Translations under genes and position numbers: made by a program
NCBI GenBank assembly: GCA_030295235.1
Contig: AP026150.1
Location: 620,001 to 667,579, forward strand
Direction: 5' to 3'
Source of the DNA: Fistulifera solaris
Lineage: Eukaryota
Length of the DNA: 47,579 nucleotides
Notes under the pieces: generated by a model
The model's input: the letters and a program-made list of their open reading frames with translations, nothing else
The model's database searches: none
What the model was told of the DNA's origin: nothing
In this document: one piece after another, positions 1 to 12,790 of the stretch
Position numbering within the stretch: position 1 is the stretch's first letter
How the letters are laid out: every line of letters begins with the position of its first letter

Positions 1-1443
1 TATTGGAAAAGATATCTTGTGGTTTCATACCGTCATTTGGCCTTGTCTCTTGATGAGTGCGGGTTTGCCGTTGCCACAAACGGTTTTCGCGCACGGCTTT
101 GTCAATGACAAGGATGGAAAGAAAATGAGCAAGAGTTTGGGAAATGTGGTGGATCCACACGATATGCTGGATCAGTTCACGACAGATACCTTTCGATGGT
201 ACGTATTTCTACGACAGACTGTTGTCATTTGTTTTTGTTTAAACTCATATTGAATGCTTTTGTTCTCTGCAGGTACTTGTGCAAAGAAGCTCCATACGGC
301 GGGGAACTGAGTTTCGGTCCTGAGAACTTGCGGGAAATGCACCACGCCGACTTGTGCGATACGTTGGGTAATTTGGTGCACCGCGCTACACATCTGTGTC
401 AGAAGTACTGCAACGGCGTTATCCCTTCCGTTGCCGCCGTCTCGCCATTACCGATCGACGTTGCCGAATTGATTGCCACATATCAAACGAAAATGAATCA
501 AATCGAATTACAAGGGGGTGCCATGACCGCCATTCAAGGGTTTCGTGATTTGAATGGGTATTTGCAGGAAGCAGCCCCTTGGAAGTTAAAGGATGCTTTG
601 GAAGAACAGCAAGTCATTGTTCGAACTACGCTGGAAACTATTTATATCTTAGGGCACTTAATCTTGCCCTTTCTGCCGCAAGGTGGAGCGTTATTGTTCC
701 AGAAATTGAATACGCCGCCACAAAGTTTAGCAGATTTAAAGCTGGATGGAACGAATTTGAAGGAAGGCAGAGTAATTGAGATTGGTGATGTATTGTATTC
801 TAAAGTATTGTCGGAAGAAGAGAAATCCGATGCAGCTGCTGCGGCCATGAAAAAGAAAGAGTCGTTTGCCGAGGCACAGCAGCGCAAGAAAGAAGCCAAG
901 GCGAAGGCTAGAAATCAACAACAGCAGCAAACTGAAGGCGACTCGGATCAGCCCGAGTTCACAAAAATTGACATTCGTGTGGGTCAAATTACAAAGGTTT
1001 GGTACCATGAAAGTGCAGCGAAGCTGTTTTGCGAGGAAATTGACCTAGGGACCGAGAAGCGCCAAGTTGCTTCCGGTCTTCGAGATCATTATACCCTGGA
1101 GGAAATGGAAAACCGCAAAGTATTGGTTGTATGCAACTTGAAAGCAGTAAAGTTACATGAGTTTGTTTCTGAGGGCATGGTGTTGGCAGCCAAAGGGGAA
1201 GACGGCGAGGTGCAATTGATCAGTCCTCCGGAGAATGCCGTCGTCGGTGAACGCGTATTTGTTGAAGGTCTGGAAGGTGAGGCTGTTTCCTCTACACAGG
1301 TGAAGAAGAAAAAGATCTGGGAAGAGGTAGCAAGTGGCTTGAAAACCGGTGAAGGAGGGGTTGCGCAATGGAGTGGGAAGAATATCATGACAAGTGCTGG
1401 CGTTTGTGTGGCAGCCTCTCTCGTGGGTGCCCCGATTTCTTAA
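1..1443 (+). CDS. metG: Methionyl-tRNA synthetase, 5'-partial, with C-terminal OB-fold (EMAPII/Trbp111-like) tRNA-binding domain
   Basis: Frame from position 2 reads IGKDILWFH...HGFV...[16 protein letters not shown] intron 199-272 joins FRW|YLCKE. Anticodon-domain motif DTLGNL. C-terminal DIRVG...RQVASGL...VVCNLK...SEGMVLAA. Confidence 0.95.
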
Positions 1444-1903
1444 ATAAAGCGAGTCCGATCGCCGTGCTACGCAAGCGAAATAGAGTTGGATGGTAAATCT
1501 AGCTATTTAGTCGTTCAGCAGTACCTGGTATGGCCGTAGAGTTTGTAGTTGCTGGGAAAAATCATGACTGCTCTCCGTTTCCTGTTGTGCCCAGGCGTTC
1601 ACTCCAAACTAGTGCGCTTCAACTTAGCCAGTCTATCATCTTCCTACCCTGTATTTAAAACGTTTTCGTTTGTACAAGACGTCCTTCCATTTTGTGACGT
1701 CTGACTATAAAGAGGCACGAAAGACACGACCACGTAGAAAAAGACCCATAGGGCCCAACTTCTTACTCTTTTCTCACCTCTCGCATCATCGAGCAGAAAA
1801 CTAAGCAGAGCTGTACAAGTAGTCACTTTTCCTCCTTTCATCCGTTGTTGTTGCTCAGGCGTTTTTGTATCTATTCCTATCGCTTTCTTTGATTACGCTC
1901 ACC

Positions 1904-2463
1904 ATGTTTGTTCTCTTTTCGCTGCTGGTCTTCGTTTCGTCACTAAATAATATCAGCTGTAAGTTCGTCGTGCGTAATTATCAAGATTATCCGATCGCCT
2001 CGAGTTCTCGTGTTGCACTCTCACTAACATCATTTTACAAATTGGAGCAGCTGCTGCTAGCCGCGACACCGTATCGACACGATCCTTGCTCTTTCTCCGA
2101 GATCTATGTGGCGGCGACGGAGGGAGAAGAAATGATAGCAAAAAGTGCGGGAAAGTCATTGGCGCTGGTTTTTGTCAAGACAGCATGACGCAACTTTACG
2201 ATTTCTGTCAAGATACGAGTTCAGGAAATACACTGCTCGAGTGTCAAACTAATGCTGAGAAAAGCGCAAAAGCTGTCGGCTTTGTCTGGGATGCAAGAAA
2301 TTCCGGTTGTAGTTTGTTATTCGACGACAAGGACTCTCAGTTCAATGTGGGAGCTTTGTGTCCTGAAGGATTCTCGACAGGCCTGTCAAGATTCACCGGA
2401 ACGGGGTTTCCGAAATCGGCAAATAGCAATGTGATTTACACTTGCTATAGCTGTGACTCATAA
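1904..2463 (+). CDS. Small secreted cysteine-rich protein (~155 aa), two exons
   Basis: ATG 1904 followed by hydrophobic signal peptide MFVLFSLLVFVSSLNNIS. Intron 1959-2050 (GTAAGT...CTCACTAAC branch point...CAG) joins in frame to ORF 2086-2463, which has 9 Cys. Confidence 0.75.
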
Positions 2464-2578
2464 GCAGAATTCTTATGACGAGAATGTATGTATAATATGA
2501 TAACACTGACATAGACCAACTAATTCCATTTCTCTCTACAATCGTCTCTTTCGCTCTATTCTTCTCTCAGTGAGTAGT

Positions 2579-4016
2579 TCATTTCGAAAAGCTAGAAGAC
2601 TGTGTCGATTTGTCGGGTCCTTCTATGATGGATTTGCCGAACAATTCCACCTGCAATTCACGGAATTCGCCATCCTTCCAATTTATCTTTTCCGCTTCTT
2701 TCCTCTTCCGAGGGTGACAGAGCATCTTGCTAATGGCCATGGGCACCAAAAATAGTAAAAACGGGAGTACGACTCCTGTAAGCGACATGAAAATCATATT
2801 TTGTGTATGTGTAACGGGGCATCCTTCCATATCTTCTAAAATGCCCGGAAGCATACACCAAAAAATAAAAGCGGGAAAACAAGTAACGAAGCTCTTTCAA
2901 GACAGGAATACCAGAACCCGGCGAAAATGTGGTCGACAAGAAGATCATAAACATAAACGGCATATCGGCAAGAAACAGCACCCCCTGCTTGGGTAGCTCC
3001 GTGTAAAGCCCAAAGAAAAGTGAGGAGAATGTCATGCTGAGACTATCCATAAGTATCGCGACCCAAAACGAGTAACTTTCGAGTCCATTCATAACGGCAT
3101 TCGTCGTGCCAAACTGAATCACCGAAACAATAATAAACAGAAATATGCAAATGCTCGATTTGAGTGCCTTGTTCATCTTTTTCGAGCTGTGTAGCAGTGC
3201 TTCGGCTTCTTCCGACATGTAGACGCGCCAATCGGGGAGTGAAATCAGGTACGGGTTCACCGAAAAGAATGCAATGAGCGAGCCCGCGTTGAGTACCAAG
3301 GCAGCTTGATTGTCGGGTGAATCCCAAAATCCAAGCAGAAATAGCGAAAAGAATACCACAACAAACGCTCCGATGCCCATCAAACCTGCGTTATAAAATA
3401 CTTCAACTTCAAGGAAGAAGCGGAGATCAGCCCACGATCCCTTGTACACGTAGTTCTTGCCGACTGAAAGGGCTTCAATCGCTTTACTGCGGCCAATGTT
3501 CCCGAGGTGATTAATTTTGACCATGGAGCGGTCGATGGCACTGACCGTGATAGTATTGTCCGCCATCTGCGTCAACGCTTCGACGTGATCGTTGGTGACG
3601 AGAAGAATTTGATGGTTTTCTTTCAGTTCCTTCAGTCGCTCTACAATGAAGGGAACAAAGTCATCGGTAACACCCGCAAAGGGTTCATCCAGGCAAATCA
3701 GTAAATTGGATTTTCCAGCGCATCGTTGTCGAACGAGTTCAAAAAGAAGTAATTTGCGTTGCCCTCCCGAGAGACCCGCCGTGAATTCTCCCGCCATGGT
3801 TCCTCCTGCGGGGATAGAGTTAGCAGTTCCTTCTTTCACATAAATGTCCCAGAAAGGCAGTTTCGTCGGATCAAAATGAGGGATTTTGGAGACGATAACA
3901 TACGGTCGAATGTTGTGATACTGACGAATGTAGATGCATTTGTGCGATCGATAAACGTCCTCTAAAAATGTTGTTTTACCGCTGCCAGAACTTCCGACGA
4001 CGACCGTTAATGTCAT
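2579..4016 (-). CDS. Compact ABC transporter (N-terminal ATPase + C-terminal ABC-2-like membrane domain), one apparent frameshift
   Basis: Walker A GSSGSGKTT, signature LSGGQ, Walker B ICLDEP, then multiple hydrophobic segments. Removing one base from the A6 run at 2860-2865 gives FSRFYFWCMLPG and continues into ORF 2579-2854. Confidence 0.88.
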
Positions 4017-4311
4017 TTGAATAACTTCGAAGCCTGAGAATTGCGAAAGACTAGAAAAAGAAACAGAAATTGACCAGGAAAAGAAAAAGAAATAAAATGA
4101 AATGAAATGAAATAATGTGATGATTTATGCGGGCGGCTTCTTCGTAGTAACTTCACGTCTCATAATCTCACACGCGACCTGGTGCCCTGTCATGACGAAG
4201 CCTCAGGAAACCCAGGACTGAAAGATGTTCAGTCTTGAGTCAGTACCGCTTCCCCGAAGGATTGTCTGCTACAGCTTACAGCTTACAGCACTTTACCAGG
4301 TACTACTACAT

Positions 4312-4390
4312 GGAAGGACGTTAAAATTCTGCCTCCAGTACAAGATTCTACGTAGAGTCTACAAAGAGGCAGAATTTTAACGCCGTTTCC
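4312..4390. repeat. Dispersed hairpin / MITE-like element, copy 1
   Basis: Inverted arms with perfect 17-bp core CGTTAAAATTCTGCCTC / GAGGCAGAATTTTAACG and an internal near-palindrome AGATTCTACGTAGAGTCT. Homologous to 10747-10838 and 44258-44339. Confidence 0.85.
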
Positions 4391-4714
4391 TGGTATCACA
4401 CAATGCACTTTTCATAGTAGTATTGACCACGTCACACGAACTTAAGGTGTGGGTTATATTTTCAAACATAACGGTTGTTTACCGCCAAAGGCAATTGAAT
4501 TGCTTTCCACTTCTCGGCGCGTCTGCAAATTCGAGCAGAAGTTTGTCAAAAGTCTTTTGAGATAATCATTGTCTTCCCAAGAAGGCATCTTGTTGTGTCA
4601 TAAATTCTCGTTCGCAACAATCTCTTCATAAAACCCTGTATCTCGTTGCATTTTCGCATCCTTGTATACATTTATACGGTCGTTACGAATCTCATTGAAC
4701 TCTTGCGACTCCTT

Positions 4715-5221
4715 ATGCAAAACATGCAAACAGCAAAACCTGTTGATCCCTTGGCAACTGTCCTCTTAAACTTGTCGTCGACGACCAGCGTGACCTTGAC
4801 AAACAAAGTCATCAGTCTCTTTCTCACCAATAGTATCGGCCATATCTACCCAGAGAAATATGCAAGCATGAACAAATCGCTTCCGCCGCCACCAGCGAAG
4901 AAACCAGCTGCCAGAAAGTCTTCCAGTTCGTTGTCGAAGAACAAGAAAAGCGGAGTGAAACCATTGTCGCGCCCTCCTTTCAAGTTAATGAGCGCTCGTC
5001 CTGTCCGATTGGGAACACCTATTCACAAGAATCCTATTCAGAAGAAGAGAGCCGTCGCAAATCATACGACTCTACCTCTTCGGAAGCCAACTACAAATGG
5101 TACTGTCCCAGCGAAACTGTCGACGCCGCACACCATGGCCCAACTCGACCTTCTTCTCAAGTTGCCCGGTTTCAAGCTGCAGAACGAACGACGCCGATCC
5201 TTTCAGGCGAATAGTGCATAA
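4715..5221 (+). CDS. Hypothetical basic, Pro/Ser/Lys-rich low-complexity protein
   Basis: ATG 4715 lies within ORF 4646-5221 (168 aa). No recognisable domain. Confidence 0.5.
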   Translation: MQNMQTAKPVDPLATVLLNLSSTTSVTLTNKVISLFLTNSIGHIYPEKYASMNKSLPPPPAKKPAARKSSSSLSKNKKSGVKPLSRPPFKLMSARPVRLGTPIHKNPIQKKRAVANHTTLPLRKPTTNGTVPAKLSTPHTMAQLDLLLKLPGFKLQNERRRSFQANSA

Positions 5222-6100
5222 TCAATTTTGGAGCTATCGAGCACTGTTTTCTTCAAACGAAAGGACGCAATTTTGATCACAATTTAGTTAATATTTATTT
5301 TAACAATTTTTAACGAACTCTACCAATTTAGTTCTCCCTAGTCTAGTTTTATCTCTACGATGATTCTTGCTTGTGCCTATTACAGGATACATTGCTTGTT
5401 CGATTGTATGGCGGTTATTTGCCTTATTTTCCTTCGTCATTCTGCCGGCTGCGAGATAAAATTCTCACAAACAACTCGAAAAATTCCTCATCCATGGTCG
5501 GCACTTTCTCACTTTGGCACGTTGAGGTTCGCGTTTCTCGTCGTTCTCATCACGCCTTTAGCCCTCAGCACTTGCAGGTTTACGATCCATAATGTAGAGA
5601 GTGGGTTGAGAGTAGAGACACCGGACTTTACCAGGTACTCGTTGGCATTTATTGTCTTATGGCTCCAACAGTAAGCAGTGAACTTAGGACAACGACAATG
5701 TTTGACTTTCGGAGCACATCATAGATTGCATTCGATCTAGAGTCATCTCCGACTCAAATTCTTTTCAATCCCGGGTAGATGGATTTGTTCTTTTTTTTGC
5801 TTCCACGTCGCACAAAAATTCGTCTTCGCTCAGCTGGTGCTTTCTAACGCACAGTGCATGGCGAGCGTCGGTCCTCTGACAGCTCACACCATTTTGCTTT
5901 GTGGAGGTTCGTCGTGTGCGAACACCATGCCGCTGCAATTTGCGAGAGGATCGTTAGTAGAGTCGATCATTATTCGTTCTCGTTTAACAACTCAACAATA
6001 AGAGGACCAATCCTTTTCATTATTTTATCGTCTAACAAGCTCGCATTAACTAACTTGATCCGCGGAACACGCAACAAAGTGAAGAAAAGCAGCAAATAAA

Positions 6101-8502
6101 ATGCGAGAAAGAAAACAGCGCATGAGCCTTCTTCCTCTTACATCCACCCTTTCGCTGCTGTTATGCTGCCAAGCATACGAGCTTTTATCTATTTCCTCCA
6201 AATCACCTATTCGCTCCTTTCTTTCGCATCGAAATTCGGGTACAATTCCCGTTCTTCCTCGCCATCAGGATAAAATATCGATCGGTGTTCCAAACAAAAT
6301 TAAACAAACATCACCGGGGACAGTCGTATTGGGATTTTCAATCGACGATGATGATTTAAAATTAACTACAACCCAGCGAAATATTCAGCAACGACGTTCA
6401 CGGCAATCGGATAGTGTTCAAGATCAGCAGAAACGTCGTTTGAATCACAATCGACGGTGGAAATACGGCAATCCGTTTGCAACTTCAACTTCGCAAGGAA
6501 AAGAGAATATTCATAAACAAGTGGGGCACATCGATTTGGGGACTTGGAATACACCAACGGAACAAGAATTACCACCGGAACAGTCGAATGGCGACAATAA
6601 TCAGCAAACTATCCCTAACTCGTTGGAAGAATGGTCTCGAAACAAAGTTACGCCTTTGTTAAACAGACGACAAGCCATCCGGAGAGAGCAAACCGAAGGC
6701 AAACGAAACCTCGTACAGGCGAATACTCCCGTCATAAGCAAGGAGGACTATATTGAAAGTTTACGCAAGACGTTAAATGCGACTTCAACTCACAGTTCGG
6801 TGCAGCAACATTTGGAAGTATCCAGCAACAACAATCGTCAACTGCACGTTCTGTATCAACAGATGAAAGCTGCCGATCAGCAAGGCAACGTGCAACAGAC
6901 TTACCGGCTTCTGACGCTGCTTCGCAAGGTTGCCCCTCATGACGGAAGAATAGTGCGACGGCTAGCTCGATGGTACGCGGAGCAAGATCAGACCGATGCT
7001 GCCGTTTGTGTATTACAGAATGCGTTAAAGGAGCCAGAACATTGTAAAAATGCTTTCTTATGGCATGGAATGGGTCAGTATTTGCAAGAGCAGTTTCAAC
7101 AGCTGAAAGACGGCGACGTGTATTCGAATGAAGATATACTGCGCAATGTCACCTATTATTATCGCCAAGCGATCCAATGTGATCCATCACTTCCGCACCC
7201 GTACCATGCCTTGGCTCTATGTCAGCACTCACACGGCCATATTGCCGCCGCCATGAAAACTTTACAGGAGGGCTTGTCGTACTGTCCGCAGAATCATCGG
7301 CTTCACCATGCATTAGGCGATGTCTATCGACAGGCCGCCTCGCTCGAGCGTGCAGCGCAGTGTTACAGTAAGGCACTGCAATGGAGTCCTGATCATTCCA
7401 AGGGATACGCGTGGACAGCGCTCGCCAAAGTCCACTATGAATTAGATCAGCCAGACAAGTGTCGCGTTTTTTTTACAGAAGGCCTTGCAACAAAATCCCA
7501 AGCAAGTCAGTGCTTGGGTTGCGTGGGCGCAGATGGAAGAGAGTCTGGGAGACGTGGATGCCGCTCGTAATATCTGTAGAAAAGGTGCTGAATTTTATGA
7601 ACAGGGATATTTGGCTGCTGGCTCGAACCAGATGGGGGCCCTGCATCGTTCGAACGATCCGTTCCATCAGCTGTATCGTACTTGGAGTCGTTTGGAAGAA
7701 CGTTACGGTACACCCCAAGAAGCGTGGCGAGTCCACGAACGGGCGTTGTCACAGTTTCCTCGCAATGTCAACTTGTATCTCGATGCTGCATCTTACAAGT
7801 ACGAGAAACGGCACAATCTAGCTGCAGCCAGAGCCATCTTGACGAAGTTTTTATCGTTGCAACCTTCCACGGAGACGTTTGCTTCATCAAAGGTTCTGTT
7901 AGCTGCCGCGAAGGTAGAATTAGAGGTTGGCAACGCCACCGGAGCACTTCAATGGTTGTCGTTTCAGGACCGCAAGAAGAGAAAAAAGTGCAGCATGGTG
8001 GCACATGAACGGTGTTGCTCATTGGCATTTGAATAATTATCAGGGAGCTCGGGACTCGTTCGAACAGGCTCTACTGAACGCGAAAGACGACAAGTCATTG
8101 ACCGCCGACATTTACTCGACAAAAGCACGATTTGAATACGCTCAAGGCGATTGTGTTTTAGCGCAGCACTATGTGTGCTTGTCCTTAGCGCACAACAAGA
8201 ATTGCAAGGCAGCTTGGGAACTGTGGTATCATTTGAGTTTCGAGGATTATAAAATGCAGCACAAATGTTGGAAGCAATATCATCAAGATGATCTGCAGTC
8301 AATGAAGAAACATATGATGCGAAAAGATCCCTGGCATACAGTGCTCTTTGGTCTAACGCCCAAAACAACGCATTTACCTCTACCGATTCGTCTTCCGCCA
8401 ATAATAGAACCCAGACTAAGCCAGCTTAGGCTGTCCGAGTCACCGAGCGATCTTCAGGCATCAACAAAGCAACCACGAAAATTTGATACAATAGAAATGT
8501 AA
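6101..8502 (+). CDS. HAT/TPR-repeat protein, probably plastid-targeted (Mbb1/HCF107-like RNA maturation factor), two apparent frameshifts
   Basis: Signal peptide ending CQA-Y. Repeated helical motifs (LWHGMG, HPYHALAL, AWTALAKV, AWVAWAQMEESLGD, LYRTWSRLEERYG). ORFs 6101-7570, 7485-8036 and 7927-8502 join through shifts at the T8 run 7467-7474 and near the A6 run 7982-7987. The Mbb1 assignment is inference. Confidence 0.8.
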
Positions 8503-9322
8503 AAAGAGAGATTAAGTATTTACTCTTAGGATACTTAATAGGTTCTTCTTTTCATTTGAATTAATGTGTTCAAATCTGAGGCGGTTTGCGAGTGACAACC
8601 ACAAAATGGGACGAGACGTGGGAATAAGGGAAAAGTGCAATTTCTCCTCGATACTCACGGACTGCGTCTCGGCTTGTGAAAGCTATCTGAATTCTTGCCG
8701 TGCTTAACAATGGGTTTATCATTATCGATTGCAGACGACTGGACTAAAACCGGAGGCGGCTTGAGAGGATTGAGAGCAAACAACGTTGCGTTGGATGCTT
8801 TGCCGATGTTATCACCTCTATTTCGTGGCATACTCTCGCCAGAATCTCGTCCAGTTTTTTTTACTAATTGTCTTGTTTTATGCGCCATATGCTTTGTTTG
8901 CGTTATTCACAAGAAGATACTGACTGTCTCCCATTTCTCCAAAGCTCGCGGTTCGCTGCTGAAAAAGATTCTTTCAATGAAAGGGTCAAACTCCAAAACG
9001 TGAGCGCAACTTCCTCGGCAACTTCACAGAATTTTGAAGCGTTTCGAAAACCCTGATTGGTAGAACGTGTCTAACGGGACTGAAGATGTGACGTGGCCAG
9101 AAAAGTGAAAGGCGTTTCCGAGTATCAATGGCGCAAACGGATGTGCTTCCGAGTTGCGTATTTGCCGGCAACAGGAACAAAAACCTCTCACGTGAAAGAC
9201 GGAAGAAGTTTTTGTTGAACTTGCGTCAGCGCCAGTTGATACCATACCTGGTTGCATCAAAAACTTCGACTGCAATTTCGCAAGGAGCAAGGAAGCGAGA
9301 CGCAAGAACTTGTGGCCTTTGG

Positions 9323-9374
9323 TCATCAGTCATCAGTGATCAATCATCAATCATCAATCATCAGTCATCGATCA
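9323..9374. repeat. Degenerate 7-bp tandem repeat (TCATCAR) x ~7
   Basis: tcatcag tcatcag tgatcaa tcatcaa tcatcaa tcatcag tcatcga, read directly. Confidence 0.85.
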
Positions 9375-9875
9375 CTATGACCGTCGATCAATAATCGCTT
9401 AAGTGCGGACACTGTTTTCCCATTATCCTTTGACCTTAATCCAATAATGCCGCCGAATGCTTTACGACTTGTGTTTTTTTGCCACGGACGAGAATGGAGA
9501 ACAGCTGTGCTTTTGTTCTCTCAAAAACACACCGTAAAACGGGGAAACGAGAAAGGATAAAGAATAGAGAATGGATACTCTCGCAAAGGATGATGAAGCC
9601 CGGTTTTACTGCTGAATGATATGCTAAAATTTTGGACTTGAAAATCGAGTTAAGGGTGGTCATGGCTATGTTGCTGTTGCCTGCTGCTGGTGTCGGAAGT
9701 CGGAAGGCTGGCCTGCTTGTCTAACGAAGAATAAGGGTGAGGTTTAGTGCGGTCGCCAGAGGGTGGGTTTCGACAAGGTCAGAACATGACGGAGTACCAT
9801 AAAGCGTTATGGTCGTTCTTAATCGAATAGTATTTTCTTTTTGCTTTAGAGTAATACAGATCACCAAAAGTTGGT

Positions 9876-10367
9876 CTAATATTTAAGCGAGAAATCTCCG
9901 TAGTGAAGATGCGCTTGGGCGAGAAGTGCACCGCTCGAAGGAGCCACCTTGTAAGCTGGTTTCTTATCGAAGTTCTCGTCACAATTTTTCGTTTTCCCCG
10001 CTTTCAACATTGTAGCAGGTGCAGGAACACTTCCCGCTAGTGGAGGAGATCGCCATAATGGGGGCGCTGGAGGAAGCGGCTGACCCAGTCCTAACCCGTG
10101 ACTGTTTACGGAAAATCGAGACGGGCCCTCAACGATTGGGCTAACACTGAAGTCGCTCGAGAACGCTCGTGGTCGCCCGAGGTCCTCAAGTAGTAATGCT
10201 TCTAAGCCATCATCAAAGTAGGTCTGCGAAGGAGCGCTCTGCGCAACTGCAGAATAAAGAAGAGTATCCTGCTGATGGTGGTGAGTTTCGATATCCGGCA
10301 AAGAATGCGGTACATTTTGGAAAGCTTGATGCTGTTGCGGATGCAGTTGATAAAATTGATTGTCCAT
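9876..10367 (-). CDS. Hypothetical Gln/His/Pro-rich protein (~163 aa)
   Basis: ATG at 10367 (MDNQFYQLHPQQHQ...) in ORF 9876-10517. Composition typical of disordered regulatory proteins (RPRAFSSDF, GQPLPPAPPL). Confidence 0.6.
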   Translation of the reverse strand: MDNQFYQLHPQQHQAFQNVPHSLPDIETHHHQQDTLLYSAVAQSAPSQTYFDDGLEALLLEDLGRPRAFSSDFSVSPIVEGPSRFSVNSHGLGLGQPLPPAPPLWRSPPLAGSVPAPATMLKAGKTKNCDENFDKKPAYKVAPSSGALLAQAHLHYGDFSLKY

Positions 10368-10746
10368 TGCAATTAACTCTCTTTTGGTTCGTAAGCAGAT
10401 GAATAAACTCCGTAAAAATGAACAAAAGAAGTGATGCTTTGCCGATCGGCATGCACATTGGAACGCGGAAGAAGGAGCGAAGGAACCAACGTTGCGCTTA
10501 TCGGCCCGGAAATCCAACTAGTTAAACACTTTGAGCTACAGTGGGAGGGTGATGACATCATTTCTTGTTTTCAATAATTGTTCGCAGCCCAATTCTTTTT
10601 ACAAACTTCTGTATCGAGAACGAGAACTTCGAAATTATGACCGAAGACATAAAGCATTTTTAACCTGAACTCTTGTCGTGGTACGACTCTTCGTGAAACG
10701 ATCACCACGAGTCACGAATCATCAGCACGAAGAAATTAGCACGAAC

Positions 10747-10838
10747 GGAAAGGACGTTAAAATTCTGCCTCCGGGAATGCCTCCCAGTACAAGATTCCAC
10801 GTAGCGTCTACGACGAGGCAAAATTTTAACGCCGTTCC
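10747..10838. repeat. Dispersed hairpin / MITE-like element, copy 2
   Basis: GGAAAGGACGTTAAAATTCTGCCTCC...CAGTACAAGATTCCACGTAGCGTCTACGACGAGGCAAAATTTTAACGCCGTTCC, with a short insertion duplicating TGCCTCC. Confidence 0.85.
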
Positions 10839-12194
10839 GCGGGTACGTTAATTCACGCGAGCAAGTATCACTAAAGTGTACCAGGTACAATAACAAAAAT
10901 TTCAAAATTATACCTGGTACATGGTACTGTAAAACAAAATTACACGTCAGAGATTAGCGATAGGCCTTTGATGATAATGATGATGATATTCGTCGCGACT
11001 CCGAATGTCTCAATATGAAGTATGAAGGTGTTATGGCGTAATAAAGACTTGATCCTTTTCTCTTATTGAAATCCGGGAAATAACCTCTTTGAATCGTCTC
11101 GTCGAAAATTGGACTTGCACCTTGATGAACCTGCTTTCACTTTTGTCGTTACCAAAAGCACTCCTAATCTTCTTTCTTGAAAGAAAGCATGACACCATTG
11201 AATTAAGAAAGCTAAGTAATGATTATCAGGTTAACAAAAGTTGGAGCCCCAAAAAATCGCTCAATTGTAAAGGAAACACTGTTGATACATATCGGACCAA
11301 GCAATTCGAACCAAAATTGACGCCAAATGGCGTTTCACGAGGCAGCAATCCTGTTTCACTGCAATGATTCAATCGAATGAGCTTCTACGAAGACGGCTGC
11401 CATCAAACTTTAGAAAAGATCAACGAGATTTGCTCAATCTTCCTTTCCGAAGCGTGCTTTTGTCGATGGGTTGTAAGAATGGAACGGGCGTTGATTCAAC
11501 TAGTTTCAATGGAGCCCGCAAAGGCTTTAACACAAACCTCCCTTTTCGAAAAGGACGAATCTTCGAGGAGTGGACGAGATGCAGAAGAAGCAAATGCTCC
11601 ACGATTGATTCATCTAACCGACTATCGCAGGTAGCCTTTGCTTCTGTATCGTTAGAGCTCATACCTTTTCTTTCAACAACGCCTCTTTGAAAAAGGTGAA
11701 AGATATTATCTGTAGAATGATATTTCTCCGGCGAATCTTCTCGAACGTATTGTAGATCTGATTTATGAAGGAAAACGGCCAATGCCGAAGCTGGCTTGAG
11801 CTCTTTGTGATTGCATCGGTCATATTTTCACAAAGCAAGAATCGATTCGAGTCGACATTCCTTGTAAATACTCTGTGCTCTAGCCGAATTAGAAGGCAAT
11901 AAGAAGTGGCGAATGAAACTTCCCGCACATGTGCGGCACTTTTTTCGCGCGTGGAATTCTTCCGCCGTAGTCAAGTGCAGCAGTGAAAGGCGTCTGTTCG
12001 ACCTACCGCCTCCTTCATACGGGACTCGTGAATCAAATGCAAACTACTCCGAGGGGGATCATTGTTTACATTATTACCAAAAAAGTTCTCGGTACTAAGA
12101 TAAACAACTAAACGCAATTGAAAAGTCATGTAGCACTTTAAGAGTGCGATATTGGTTAAACATCGTCAGCATCTTCGATCGGCATTAAATCTGT

Positions 12195-12790
12195 TCACAG
12201 AGCACTCTCACATTGATGCTTCTTGAAAGGCGGCATTTCGTCGTCACACATGGATGTCGACTCCCTTTTGAGCTGTTCGATTTCGCTTTTGGTAAGAAAA
12301 CGGCCACTCGAGTCGCGAAGTCGCCGAAGAGCATGCTTGTGACGACTTTCGTGCAAGTACGGCTTATCTTGGCGTGCTCTTCGCGTTCGTGCAAAGTACG
12401 CTTCTAAAACTTTGCGAGCTTCTCTTCGCTTTAATATGCGAAAGTACTGTTTTGCGTTGACATACGTTGGCCCCGAAGGTCCGTGAGAAGCTCTTTGTTC
12501 GAAAAGGGCATGCGTAGACGGTTGAGAAGGCTGTGTAGTTGAGTAAGCCACTTGCTGATTATCCATCATCTGCGGTTTCTGTAGAGCTTGATACGCAGAC
12601 AGACCGGCGAGCCACGACATCATCATGTTATTCTGCAAATGGTGCGGAGTCAAAGCGGTTGTCTCGAGAGTAGCAGAAGGCTTGGGAGGTTTTGAGAAGC
12701 AGCTGCCGCCGCTGCGGCGAAAAGCTGCTGGTTAGCGGCCATGAGATACGCTAGCTGCTCAGCCGTTAAACTAGCTTCATCTTTGTTCAT
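12195..12790 (-). CDS. NFYA: CCAAT-binding transcription factor subunit A (NF-YA/HAP2), one apparent frameshift in the N-terminal region
   Basis: YVNAKQYFRILKRREAR...KPYLHESRHKHALRRLRDSSGRFLT is the NF-YA core. Upstream ATG 12790 (MNKDEASLTAEQLAYLMAANQQLFAAAAAAA) is one base out of frame with ORF 12195-12653. Confidence 0.93.

Noticed and set aside
8655..9800. Short ORFs between the TPR gene and the 9876 ORF
   Set aside because: No domain or splice evidence. A brief resemblance of HPLATALNL (minus strand, ~9740-9770) to DPLATVLLNL of the 4715 ORF is too short to support.
11000..12100. Overlapping 85-120 aa ORFs on both strands
   Set aside because: No recognisable motifs. Could be a fragmented gene, but no model can be supported.
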